From contig CDPCPM010000278.1 in NCBI GenBank assembly GCA_976551045.1, positions 3,658,001-3,722,000 of the forward strand: a stretch of DNA of 64,000 nucleotides. The letters are read 5' to 3'. The notes beneath the pieces were generated by a model that had not been told where the DNA came from, ran no database searches, and saw only the letters and a list, made by a program, of their open reading frames with translations. The translations under genes were made by a program, and so were the position numbers. This document shows, piece by piece, positions 1 to 11,340 of the stretch; the first letter of the stretch is position 1; each line of letters starts with the position of its first letter. The stretch is from Glaucostegus cemiculus (lineage: Eukaryota).

Positions 1-3000
1 CCATGGGGATCTACTGGCAAAACAAAGCAAGATCTAAATGTAGCTTATTTACTACATTTTTCATCATGTATCAGTTGCAAAGTTGGATAACAGTCTCTAG
101 ATCAATATTCGAACAAACTGTTATACACTACAAACAGAAGTGGACTCATTCTTTAGAGGTATATTCCCCTTACAAGTTCATCCTCATACCCTGGACTCTA
201 AAATCCAATCAGCAGTACACTTCTGAATCAGGCACTTGTATTTTTTCCAATATGTACTTGTAGACAATTTCAAAGCACCTACCAGCAAAATTAAGAGTTT
301 ATGGGCAAATTACATCTGTACTAAATTTACCTCTAGGGTTATAGAGCACTTGAAACAGGAGTTTTCTACAAAATATTAAAACATGACTTTCTCCCTTTTT
401 AAAATATTCTCAAATCAATCAGCCAAAAATGACATTTTTTTGCCATTTTTTAGTATGTGCTTGAAGCTGGCTGTCAAGGTGATGCAAGCCATCTTCTTGA
501 ATTGCTGCATTTCTTCTGGAGAAATAACTTGCAGAATGCTTTTTGGGGAGAGAGTTATGGGATTTAAACCCTCTAATGATGAAACAATAACAACCCTATA
601 GGGGAAGGTCAGGTATGTTTACCCCTTGTGTTAGTCCACTCACTTTCTGCCACAGACTCACTCTGACAATTAGGCCTTTTGGGATTTAGCTAGCTTGATC
701 GGTAAAGGTGGTACTACTCAGTCTTGATAATGGATACTGAAGGCTTAAATCCAGACCACATTCCATGCACTTGCTACTTTCAATGCTTCTTCCACATGTT
801 ATTCAACATGGTGAAGTACTGATTCAGTTCAGGGCTACTTCCTTCCAAGTGCACCACCATCTCTGGTAGAACGGATGATAGTTTCAGATGGAGACACAAG
901 AATTTTATTTAAAAATAACTGAGGCCAGGGTGGACTGCAAGCTAATACAGGAAAACGACCACAGAACACGAAGTCAGAGTTAGGATATGGACAGAAGAAG
1001 TTTGCACAAGCTCCAACATTTTATGGTTTAGGATGGAAGGCTAGCGAGGAGATTATTGGAAATAGTCCAGATGTAATAAAAGTATGATAGTTCCAGCTGG
1101 AGATGGTTTGAGATAGGGACAAGAAAGGGCAATATTGTCCAGCTAGAAGCAGGCATTCTTCATGATCCAGGTTATGGGGTAGTAAGGTCTGCTTAGGTCA
1201 AAATGGATGGAACTCTCTGTTTCAATCCAAGCCATTAACTGAAGAATGAGTTGAAGACTTGCAACGATATGGTCCATACATCAGTGCAATTTTGTACTCA
1301 GAGATTCATTCATGTAAAGAAATTCTAAGTTTGCTTCCTTTCATCGAAATCAAAATTAAATGTTTATAAACTTAATTAAGAGAGATTCAGTTGAGTACTG
1401 CCAAAGATCAAGTGCTTTATGACTGGAAGTACCTACTTCTATTAAGGTTGGTACAAATGATCCAGACTTTATGCTGGAATACAAGACAGAGCTAAGGACA
1501 AAGTGGGTGACACAAAGTCCTAATTTCCAGCATTAAATACGATAGATCATTCAGTACAGTCATTAATACATGTTGCAGAAAAATCTTAACATCTTTATTT
1601 AATCAAGCTTGTGTATTCTTGTGAAGAGATAAGACGTGGAGCTCTACATTAACTCTAATTGTTCTTTATCACATTAAAAAAAATTGAATTAGCTTTTTAG
1701 TTCTATTGGCAATGATTGACTGGTGACTCCTCCATCAGAATATTAAATTTCAATAATCTAACATAGATTGAAAACTTTCATTCTCTTAACCATCTCATCA
1801 ATACAACAGGAGGAGGCCATTTGACCCATTAAGTTCCTTCTGGTACTATGCAAGATCAATTTGGTTAATCCCACTCACTCGCTTTTGTCTCCCACTCAAG
1901 GCCCTGCATTTTTTAAAAACTTTTAAATGGTTATCCAGTTTCTGTGCATAATTCTTGTAACACGGTGACCATCACCGACCAAAGCATTAAAATGAAATAC
2001 ATTGTAGGATCAATATCAAACTTCATCATGAGTGCTCAAATACACAAACTCAACATCACATTTACAGAAGATTCAGGAAATACACTGCTAGTCAAAAAAC
2101 ATCTGAGAAGAACGTAACAGTTAACTGACTGACTTGCCCATTATTCGACAGTTCCCATTTTAAGGTCAAAATTACAACACCTGCAGTTTATTTTGCTTTT
2201 CAACATCACAGTTACTTTGCTTTGCCACAGTTTCAATGAACTGGATACCAAAACTTCCAACTTCCCTCCTGTGCTGAATTCTGTCAACTAATTCCACTCA
2301 GTTTATCATTCCAAAGTTAATTCTATTTCTGTAATTTTGTCAGAACACAGCACCTACTGACACTGAACATCACTTACCACTTTTCAGCCTAAGTTCCCAA
2401 TCAGCAAGATCCCATGCAGCCTTGCTTGATATGTTTACATCTCTCACATTAACTTATTGGCTAATAAGAGCAAATTAATACATCATACAAGTGAGTCATT
2501 ACAGAAAGTATCCTCTGCATCTTCAATACCAGCAAGTGCAACAACCAGAATTATGCTCTATACTCCAGTCGAGTCCAAACCAGTTTTTGCAAAGTTTTTA
2601 CAGAATTCATTTGCTATTGTATTATGCAAATACAGCCAAGGATCCTGCATGATTTTATTATGGACAAATCAACTTCTCTTGAACCTTCAAGGAACTGAGA
2701 ATGTAAACCAATAGGTTTCTGCCAACATCTTTGATATTATACCATGCAAGTAACAGCGAATCATTTGTTGTCCCATCACTTATATTACTTTATACCTTTC
2801 TTCATTAAATTTTATCCGGCCTGTGTTTGTCCACACTTAAGTCTGTAACTATCTTCTTTGCTTTGTACAGATGATGTACAACTCTGAAACCTAGCAAATC
2901 ATGAAATTACGCCCTATATAGGTCTATGTCTTTCAGCAGATTGGGAGTTGTGTGCATCTCCAGTTCCGAACCTCTCATTTGTAGTATGAATAGCAGCAAT

Positions 3001-3026
3001 TTTAAAAGTACTCGATCAGTCTCTTC

Positions 3027-3290
3027 TTTATTATTAATTATTAATTTCCAGCGTGGTAACAGGCCATTTCGGCCCTCCAAGTCCACGCCACCCATTTTAA
3101 CCCCCCCCCCCCCCCCAACTTAACCTACCCGTACTTCTTTCAGAATGTGGGAGGAAACCGGAGCACCCGGAGGAAACCCACGCAGACAAGGGAGAACATA
3201 CAAACTCCTTACAGACAGCGACAGGAATCGAACCCCGATCACTGGCACTGTAACAGCGTCGCGCTAACCGCTACGCTGTCGTGCCGCCCC
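3027..3290 (-). mobile_element. Young tRNA-derived SINE (HE1/V-SINE-like), full length
   Basis: Reverse complement of the 12974 copy; A box TAGCGTAGCGG, B box GGTTCGATTCC, V-domain gggtttcctccgggtgctccggtttcctcccaca, AT-rich tail. Confidence 0.9.
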
Positions 3291-3489
3291 TACAAATTGT
3301 TAGTAAAAGTCCAAAGGATGAAGGGGGCAATGGCAACATTGGTATAACCAAAACATGGAACTTGGCCATGAACAGCTGTTTCTCAAATTGGAGAGAAAAA
3401 TACAGAAATGATCCCCAGGAAAATTAGGATCATTGTTCTTTTTTATATATATTTGATAGCATTGATTTGGGTACACTGGGCATAATTTC

Positions 3490-4135
3490 AAAATATGCAG
3501 ATGGCAAAACTAGGAAATAGTTAACAATGAGGAAGATTGTAACAGACCAGGAGAATACAGACAGAAAATGACAGGTGGTTAAAATTTACTTTCTCACAGT
3601 TCATAATGTGTTAAAGGAGAAGCAATGTAAACTATATGGCCCAAGTTTAAAAGAGATTAAGGAACTGAGACAATTAAGTTTGTTTGTGACCAAGTCACTT
3701 TGTGGCAGGATAATTTAAAAGGCTGTTAAGTATGTGGAATCCTGAACATTGATAGAGGAAGACAGTGCAAGAACAATGAAGTTCTAATGAAGCTCTATTA
3801 GTTCAGGGTGCCATGTTTTAGGAAGGAAGTCAATGTTGTGGGAAGAATACAGAGATTTACCATTCTGATGAGGGAATATTAGGATGAAGGACTTTAACTA
3901 TATGAAGAAACTGACATATGTCTCAGAGCAGGCATGGTTAATGAAAGAAGAGTTCAAAACGAAGCTGCACCTTGTATTGGCAGCCAGAAAAGAAACCAGA
4001 GGGAAGACATTGAAGATGACTGGCAAAAAAACCTTAAGGGACAAATTAAAAGTGAGATGTTGAGATCTAGAATCCTCTGCATGAAATGATGATGGAAGCA
4101 GATTCAAATTTAACATACAAAACAGCATTAGTTAA
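3490..4135 (+). mobile_element. Degraded CR1-like LINE fragment
   Basis: aatttcaaaatatgcagatggcaaaactagg (ISKFADDTKLG-like) and ccatgttttaggaagga...gagatttacc. Confidence 0.55.
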
Positions 4136-4149
4136 AAAATGGAAAGAAA

Positions 4150-4480
4150 ATAAAGATTTCCCTTTATGCAACTCCTTTCACATCCATTCCACTTCAGAGT
4201 CTATTAATACTTTTACACCAATGCATGAAATATGAAAGCAATATGCATACAGTATATTCTGTCTCACATAGCACTGTGATCATGACTAGATAAAATAGTT
4301 TACTGATGTTGCTCAAGGGATAAATATTAGTTAATTCTGCTTATTCTGTAAAATAATTTCACAGAATAGATCTTTTACATCAATCTAAGAGGGCAGACAA
4401 GGACTTGTTCAATCTCTAATGGAACTGGAACCCACAACCTGGCAATCAGGCAAGAGTATGGCAACTGACTCACTGCTGTC
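4150..4480 (-). mobile_element. SacSINE1/Deu-SINE-like ancient SINE, diverged
   Basis: Similar to the 13400 and 38590 copies (tgatgttgctcaagggataaatatt, caatctaagagggcagaca); family assigned from remembered consensus. Confidence 0.55.
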
Positions 4481-4503
4481 ACATCTGTCTGATTAAAGTT
4501 TCG

Positions 4504-4750
4504 ATAGCGTAGCGGTTAGCGCGACGCTGTTACAGCGCCAGCGATTGGGGTTTGATTCCCGTCGCTGACTGTAAGGAGTTTGTACGTTCTCCCGTGTCTG
4601 TGTGGATTTCCTCCGGTTTCCTCCCACATTCTGAAAGACGTACGGGTAGGTTAATTTGGGTGGGGGGGTTAAAATGGGCGGCGTGGACTCGGAGGGCCAA
4701 AAGGGCCTGTTACCACGCTGTAAATAAATAAAATAAAATTAAAATAAAAT
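4504..4750 (+). mobile_element. Young tRNA-derived SINE (same family), slightly 5'-truncated
   Basis: Near-identical to the 12974 copy, with a (taaaa)n tail. Confidence 0.9.
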
Positions 4751-7700
4751 TATGGGGAAAGAGCACTGGAAAGGGAATTAATTGAACAGCACTACCAAAG
4801 AGCTGACATGGGCACCCTGGTCTAAATAAGAAATAAGTCAAGGATAAAGTTTCAAATAAAGTACCCAAGATCGGAGATGGAGGCATACATTTATGAGAAG
4901 TTGGAAAGCAGTCTTTTATTAAAGAGGTCTGATTTGAGATTGAAATGTTCTTGTATTAAAATCTCTTGGGCAAACCAAAAACTTTAATCTGTATCTGTAT
5001 AATTAAGAGCTAAAAAGATTTGACAATTACAAGGTCAAATTTTGACCATGAATTTCAGGATTTCATTTTAATATATTCACTCAAATCACAATGCTATATT
5101 TATGTGACAGATTTTATTTTTAATGTTCTCATATTCAGGGCAAATCAAAATGGAACTAAATAACTGGGGAAAGAAGAGAAAGAATGCCTCAAATCTTCAT
5201 TTGCAGAAAACACTCAATACCTACAAAATGCATTCAGTATTTAACCAGTCACCAAAACAAAACAAAGCTCTTGCACATCAAGAGAAATACAAGTCGAAGA
5301 AATCAAAATTATTTGAAGAATAAGTGCAGGTGCACTATATCACAAACAACCACACAGCTTCATAAACTGCATCTGCTTGTGAGAAACTTTGCTATCAAAT
5401 TTTAGTGCCCAAATTGTAGGCAGTCAACAAAGATCACCATAAATCTATAATAGTTTAGAAAGACAAAGTCTTGACATTATTCATACAATTTTTGAAGTGT
5501 CTGGTAATAAAAAAAAACAAAATAAAGACAAACAGGTATACCCTTTTTAAATACAGTATTCTTGTTTGGAAGAGAAAGAAAATATTGTAAAATAACTTGA
5601 GGGCAGAAACTTCTGAGTTAAGTCTCTTAATGTAGAGATTTTTCTTAATCCATCGATAACAAGCACATGGGAATGCCACCATCTGCAAGCACCACTAACA
5701 ATCCCGATTTTGGAAGGACACTGCCAATCCCTCACTGTCACTGAATCCTAACAGCACCATGGAAACCTTTTAGCATCAAGCACTGTAACATTTGAGGGGC
5801 CAGGTGACCTACTCCTCTCTTATGTTCAAGGCAGCCACCACTTTCAAGGATGATGAAGAATGGGCTTCCCTCAAAAAAAGGCAACATATCCAGGACTACT
5901 TCTGCAACACGGTATTGCAATTAAACCCACAGTGATAATAAAAATATTTGCTTGACATTAGATTTACTAGAAGAGCATGAGTTGCATTTACACTGGGAAA
6001 TTGCTGCAGGAGCAGCACTGGATACAGATCTGCGGTCTCCAGCATGTCAGTTGCTGAGGATTGAATCTCAGAATAGACAATGAAGGGACACTGAGTAACC
6101 AAATCACCATTCCTTCCACCTCCCCCAGCTTCATTAGCCCTCATCCCCTTTCCCTCTCACTGCCTGCAGGCAGACAGAACTATTCAATCAAGGACTTTAA
6201 TCAATATTACTTTATTATGGGAATGGAAACTATGAGAACGGTGGAGAGATTTTAATAAGGAGTTTATTTACACTGAGCATCTTCTCTGAAGTTTAATTCA
6301 AAGTTGTAAAAGAAAATAAATGTAAACATAGACAATAAATTTAATTAAAAGAAAAGACAGCTTTAATTGAAGAAGCCTAAAAAGTACGTAAAATCCAAGA
6401 GATTAAAGTGAACATTTTATATTGAGATTGCATAACCAAACAAATAAAATATTTTGAAGCTGGTGTTATCCACTTTCAAAATAACAATGTGAAAACAGCT
6501 TTTCAAATGTTGGGTGAAAATGAAGATCAATGCATTCAAATATATTACAGTGAACTCATTTCATTTACTAAATTTGCCAAACTTTCACTTTTGTTGCATC
6601 AACCAAAAAAAATTTCAATCAAGGCAGTCAGCTATCCTCCATTTTAACACAATAGTTTACAAACAATGTGGCAAGACCAGGTTTGAGGATGGCAGTGGGA
6701 GCTGTGTAGGACATAGAGATAAAAAAATCATGTTACTTCACCAATGTATAAAATTGTTTGTACCTCATGGCTCTCTTGACACACATGCAAATTCAATGAC
6801 AACATTCTCGCAAACAGACTAATGCTCAACCTAGCTTTGTAGTGAATCAGAGATGGAACACAAAGACTTAAAAATAAAGCACATATTTTTATGTTTATTG
6901 ATATTCAACACTGCTGTTATCTTCAAAATCTGTCATAATCCATAATTCATGAATTTTATTAAATTCATATGCCATGATCTAAAAATGTAAATTTAAGAGG
7001 CTTATGAATGCTTTAAAGTTTAAACTGCAGTTTCATTCCTTAAAGTTTATTAAATACTGCCCAAACTACATTGATTATAGAACAGGGTAATTTTGATACT
7101 TTCAATACTGAATTCACAGACTAACACCATGAATTATTTGCAATTGAAAAGCAAACAGTGTAGTACTTTGCATTTGTCAACCAAACCAGAGGATAAAATT
7201 ACAGCCTTTCACTTATTCCCATATGTCTACTTAAACAATTCCCCAGTCTCAGAAATGAAAATAAACCTCAATATGTAAAGATAACATTAAAGTCACCATT
7301 GTTAAAAAAAGACTACAATATTATTTCCACATGTGTTGCTCCATTATTTCCTTATATACTTAAAAAGGTGTTCCAGTCGATTTTGTATGAAATCACCATA
7401 AAAGTTGTTGACGTTTTAAAGAGAGAAACAACAGGTATGTTTTAAAGCACCTCTTCAATCTGATCTATGACAATATTGTGTGCCTGTTCTCACCTAATAG
7501 CTTCAGAAGCCACGTCCATCACATCTTAAAATAATTCTAACCACTAGACTAAAATATATTTTAAAAATCCGCTTGAGAAAGGTCCATTTAAAAAATGCAA
7601 ATATATTTTTCCCATGCAATATTTGCAAAAAAAACCTTGATTTTTTGCAAACAAGCCAATGGAAAGATAAGGAAGCAATAGTCAGAGAAATTTCAGTATT

Positions 7701-9204
7701 TTAAAATAAAATACTTAAAATAATTTTAACATCAAAATTAGTTGTATATTCTTTTAAATATACAATGTATTTTACGATCAGTTTAAAAATATACATTTTA
7801 AAAATATACCATGTATTTTACAGCCAACTTGTCCGTTGATCAAAATCAAAACCTCTATGTCTATATACCCCAAGATACTTCTGTTGAGTAACTTTACCGT
7901 AACAGGTAAATAGAAGTATAACATTTCAATAAGCTTTGGTATTAACGGAAAATGTTCAGAATACACGAGCATTTGCCCTTTAAAATGGACAACTGATAGA
8001 TCTGCAATATGAATCTTCACACAACAACTTGAATTAAAACATACATTTTAAAAAGAGAAACGTCGGGGAAAATGCGTGAAAACCCTCGAGAATAAAGACA
8101 AGACTCAATCGAAGTCGGGGCCACGAACAAATACAAACAAGTATATGGCTAAAATATAAATAAAATCAACACAAAATTGGGAGGGGGAGACTTGGGGCTA
8201 CAAATTTAAAGAACACGTAAAACGCTGTAAAATATACAACAATCCGCACCATTGCGCCCTGCGCGTCTAGAGGTCTCGATCTCCCTTTAAAGTCATAAAA
8301 TTACGTTTACAAAATGATCCAGAAACGCTTCGTTGAAATCACCGCCTTTCACCTATCGATCAAGTCGCAGTCAATATTGACCTCAAGGGGGAAAAAAATC
8401 GCAAGAATGTAAATGATGGAAAGGGCAGTAACCTCATTTAGCAATGACACGATTTCGATCTTACGAAATGCAGTTGCAAGTAAATTAAAATAAATGTTTG
8501 AGAAACTAGAATTTACATTGTGCAGTTACTAAACAACAGAAAGCACTGTTTCGTTCAGTCATTTTTGCAAAATGTGTATTATTTATGATCGCATGTGCGG
8601 AGATGGTGGCGTGGATAAAAGATTTCACTTTTTTTTAAACATTCAACCTATTAAACTTTGTATCTAGTCTTTAAAATCTTAACGTCGGGAAGGTAGTGTG
8701 ACATTAAAAAAATAAGAAAACACAGCCGTAGCTTTTCTCCTATGAATCCCGACATGATATTCCCAAGGCCAGCAACAGTGGTGAGAGGCATCCAAATTCA
8801 TAATTATTAATATTAATTCCAGACAGCTCCCTTTCGATGCAGCTGGAGACAGATCGGTAAATCCAGAGTACATGAAACAATAAGTAAGCCTGCCTTAGAC
8901 AGGCACATACACGGGACTGAAAAGACTGCGGAACAAGAGTGCAAACTGACAGATTTCAGGTCTGGATTTTTTTTTTGTTTCGTATGCACGCTTTAAAGGG
9001 AAACAAACTACCCTCCTCCCCCGATCGGCTACTTGCTCGCTCGTCTCCAGCTTTGCTTATCCTCGGACACAACCTCCGCCCCAAGCGCCAGCCGCATCTG
9101 TTAGAGCTGCAACCCCATAAGTTGGTCCATCGCCTGTGCAACTACCCTGGGCTCTTATTGCAGCCCCTGCAACTGGGATGCATTCTCCTAGCCCTCCCTT
9201 CCCC

Positions 9205-9510
9205 CCTCCCGACCCGTACTGGAGACCACCCCCCTCCCCGATTCACGATCCGTACTGGAGAACTCCCCCCCCCCACCCCGCCCCGACTCACGATCCGTAC
9301 TGGAGACCCCCTTCCCCCGACTCACGATACGTAACTGGAAACCCCCCCCCCTTCCCCAACTCATGATACGTAAAGTGGAGACCCCCCTTCCCCGACTCAC
9401 GATCCGTAACTGGAGACCCCCCCCTCACGATCCGTAACTGGAACACCCCCTCCCCGACTCACAATCCGTAACTGGAGACGCTCCCCCCTCTCGGTACTGA
9501 AACCCCCCTC
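9205..9510. repeat. Minisatellite, ~36-bp unit (gactcacgatccgtaactggagaccccccttcccc), ~8 variable copies
   Basis: Recurrent cacgatccgta(a)ctggaga core separated by C-runs. Confidence 0.9.
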
Positions 9511-9639
9511 CCCACCGGATCGCGCACCTTTCGCCCCTCCTGATCGATCCCGACAGCATCGCCCCCCCCCCCGAGCCCCGCTCGAGCTCCCGGCCACCGG
9601 CTCGTGGTCTCCCCCCCCGCCCCCACCGCTCGCGCCCCC

Positions 9640-10220
9640 CTCCCCCAACCTCACCCCCCAACAGCCTCCCCTTACCCCCCTCCCCCACCTCACCCCCCTC
9701 CCGCCACAGCCTCGCCTCACCTCACCCCCGCACAGCCTCGCCTCACCCCCCTCCCGCCACCTCACCCCCCCAACAGCCTCGCCTCACCCCCCCTCCCGCC
9801 ACCTCACCCCCCCAACAGCCTCGCCTCACCCCCCCTCCCGCCACCTCACCCCCCCAACAGCCTCGCCTCACCCCCCCTCCCGCCACCTCACCCCCCCAAC
9901 AGCCTCACCTCACCCCCCCTCCCGCCACCTCACCCCCCCAACAGCCTCACCTCACCCCCCCTCCCGCCACCTCACCCCCCCAACAGCCTCACCTCACCCC
10001 CCCTCCCGCCACCTCACCCCCCCAACAGCCTCACCTCACCCCCCAACAGCCTCACCTCACCCCCCCTCCCGCCACCTCACCCCCCCAACAGCCTCACCTC
10101 ACCCCCCCTCCCGCCACCTCACCCCCCCAACAGCCTCACCTCACCCCCCCTCCTGCCACCTCACCCCCCCCAACAGCCTCACCTCACCCCCCTCCCACCA
10201 CCTCACCCCCCCCCCCCCAC
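9640..10220. repeat. Minisatellite, 42-bp unit (cctcacccccccaacagcctcacctcaccccccctcccgcca), ~11 copies plus degenerate edges
   Basis: Direct tandem repeat; explains the 14-aa PPLPPPHPPNSLTS periodicity of ORF 9604..10455. Confidence 0.95.
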
Positions 10221-10840
10221 ACCCCGCTCGGCTCGTCGCTCGCACTGCCCTCCGCCGCACCCTCTCCCTCACAAAGCTTCCCTACGTCCAGTCCGCCCTG
10301 GGAGCCGGAGAGAGAGAGCGGCGGCAGCGGCGGCGGCGGAGGAGCCGGTCCCCCCCGCCCCGCTCCTCCCGACGACGATCAGCTGTCAACCCGCCACCAA
10401 CCTTCCATCACCAACACACACCAACAGCAGCCGAGAGAGGGGGGGGGGGGGATAACTGCCTCCCACTCACCTGCCCTCTTCAATCTTTGTTGCAGCGCCG
10501 AGGTACGAGTTGTGCGGCGACCTGGACAGCGAGGACGCTGAAAACAGCCCATTGCCCTGACCGGCGCAACCGACTGCACAGCACACATTACTGAAGCGCC
10601 GCTGCTTGCGGAGAGACCCGCGCCTGCGCAGAGCCACCGGAACCAACCCCTTGCTGCTTTTTTTCGCTGTGTGTGTGTGTGTGTGAGCCAGTGACCGGTC
10701 ACTCTCGCGAGAACGGGCGGTGACGTAGGCAGGGTCGGCGCTGGGCGGGCTGCGAGGGAGCGGGTGTGAGGGAGCTGTCCCGCCGCCGCTGTGGGCGTCG
10801 GCGGGCGGGAGGCAGCGCTTCATTGGACGGGGAGTGTTCT
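10220..10840 (-). promoter_or_regulatory. CpG-island housekeeping-type promoter of an unidentified minus-strand gene
   Basis: NRF1-type GCGCCTGCGCA at 10620-10630, TCTCGCGAGA (BANP/ZBTB33 motif) at 10703-10712, GC box at 10715-10720, CRE-like TGACGTA at 10721-10727, and CCAAT (minus) at 10822-10826, all in very CpG-dense DNA. Confidence 0.85.
10471..10660 (-). other. First exon of an unidentified gene (5' boundary approximate); 5' UTR and/or short N-terminal coding segment
   Basis: Consensus donor CAG|GTGAGT at 10471/10470 just downstream of the promoter motifs. In-frame ATGs at 10588 and 10552 stay open to the donor. No convincing downstream coding exon was found in 1-10470. Confidence 0.65.
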
Positions 10841-10944
10841 GTTGTTTGCACTAGTTGAGGTAGAGGAAAAACTTTTTTAAAATAAATTAGTGGGTACTGA
10901 AGTATTAAAGAGCTTCATAGTTTGTCTTCCCTCGTTACTGTCCT

Positions 10945-11340
10945 CTTCCCGCCTCAGCACTTCCTCCCTCCATCCTCATCCCGCCTCAGCACTTCCTCCC
11001 TCCATCCTCATTCCGCCTCAGCACCTCCTCCCGCCTCAGCACTTCCTCCCTCCATCCTCATCCCGCCTCAGCACTTCCTCCCTCCATCCTCATCCCGCCT
11101 CAGCACTTCCTCCCTCCATCCTCATCGCACCTCAGCACCTCCCCCCTCCATCCTCATCCCGCTTCAGCACCTCCTCCCGCCCCGTCACCCTCCTCCCGCC
11201 TCAGCACTTCTTCCCTCCATCCTCATCCCGCCTCAGTACCTCCTCCCTCCACCCTCCTCCCGCCCCGTCACCCTCCTGCCTCAGCACCTCCTCCCTCCAC
11301 CCTCCTCCCGCCTCGTCACCCTCCATCCTCCTCCCGCCCC
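10945..11340. repeat. Minisatellite, 32-bp unit (cccgcctcagcacttcctccctccatcctcat), ~12 full or partial copies
   Basis: Direct tandem repeat, degenerating towards the 3' side. Confidence 0.95.

Noticed and set aside
2378-2460. Possible exon with perfect donor GTG|GTAAGT on the minus strand
   Set aside because: All three frames are closed after the nearest acceptor and such donor motifs occur by chance; there is no supporting evidence.
9205-9510. CRISPR-like repeat/spacer appearance of the ~36-bp array (also the 51-bp array at 37159)
   Set aside because: The 'spacers' are C-runs or repeated sequence, the context is vertebrate, and there are no cas genes.
9604-10455. 283-aa proline-rich ORF (extensin/formin-like appearance)
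   Set aside because: It is the translation of the 42-bp C-rich minisatellite, begins with GTG, has no splice support and lies antisense within an intron.
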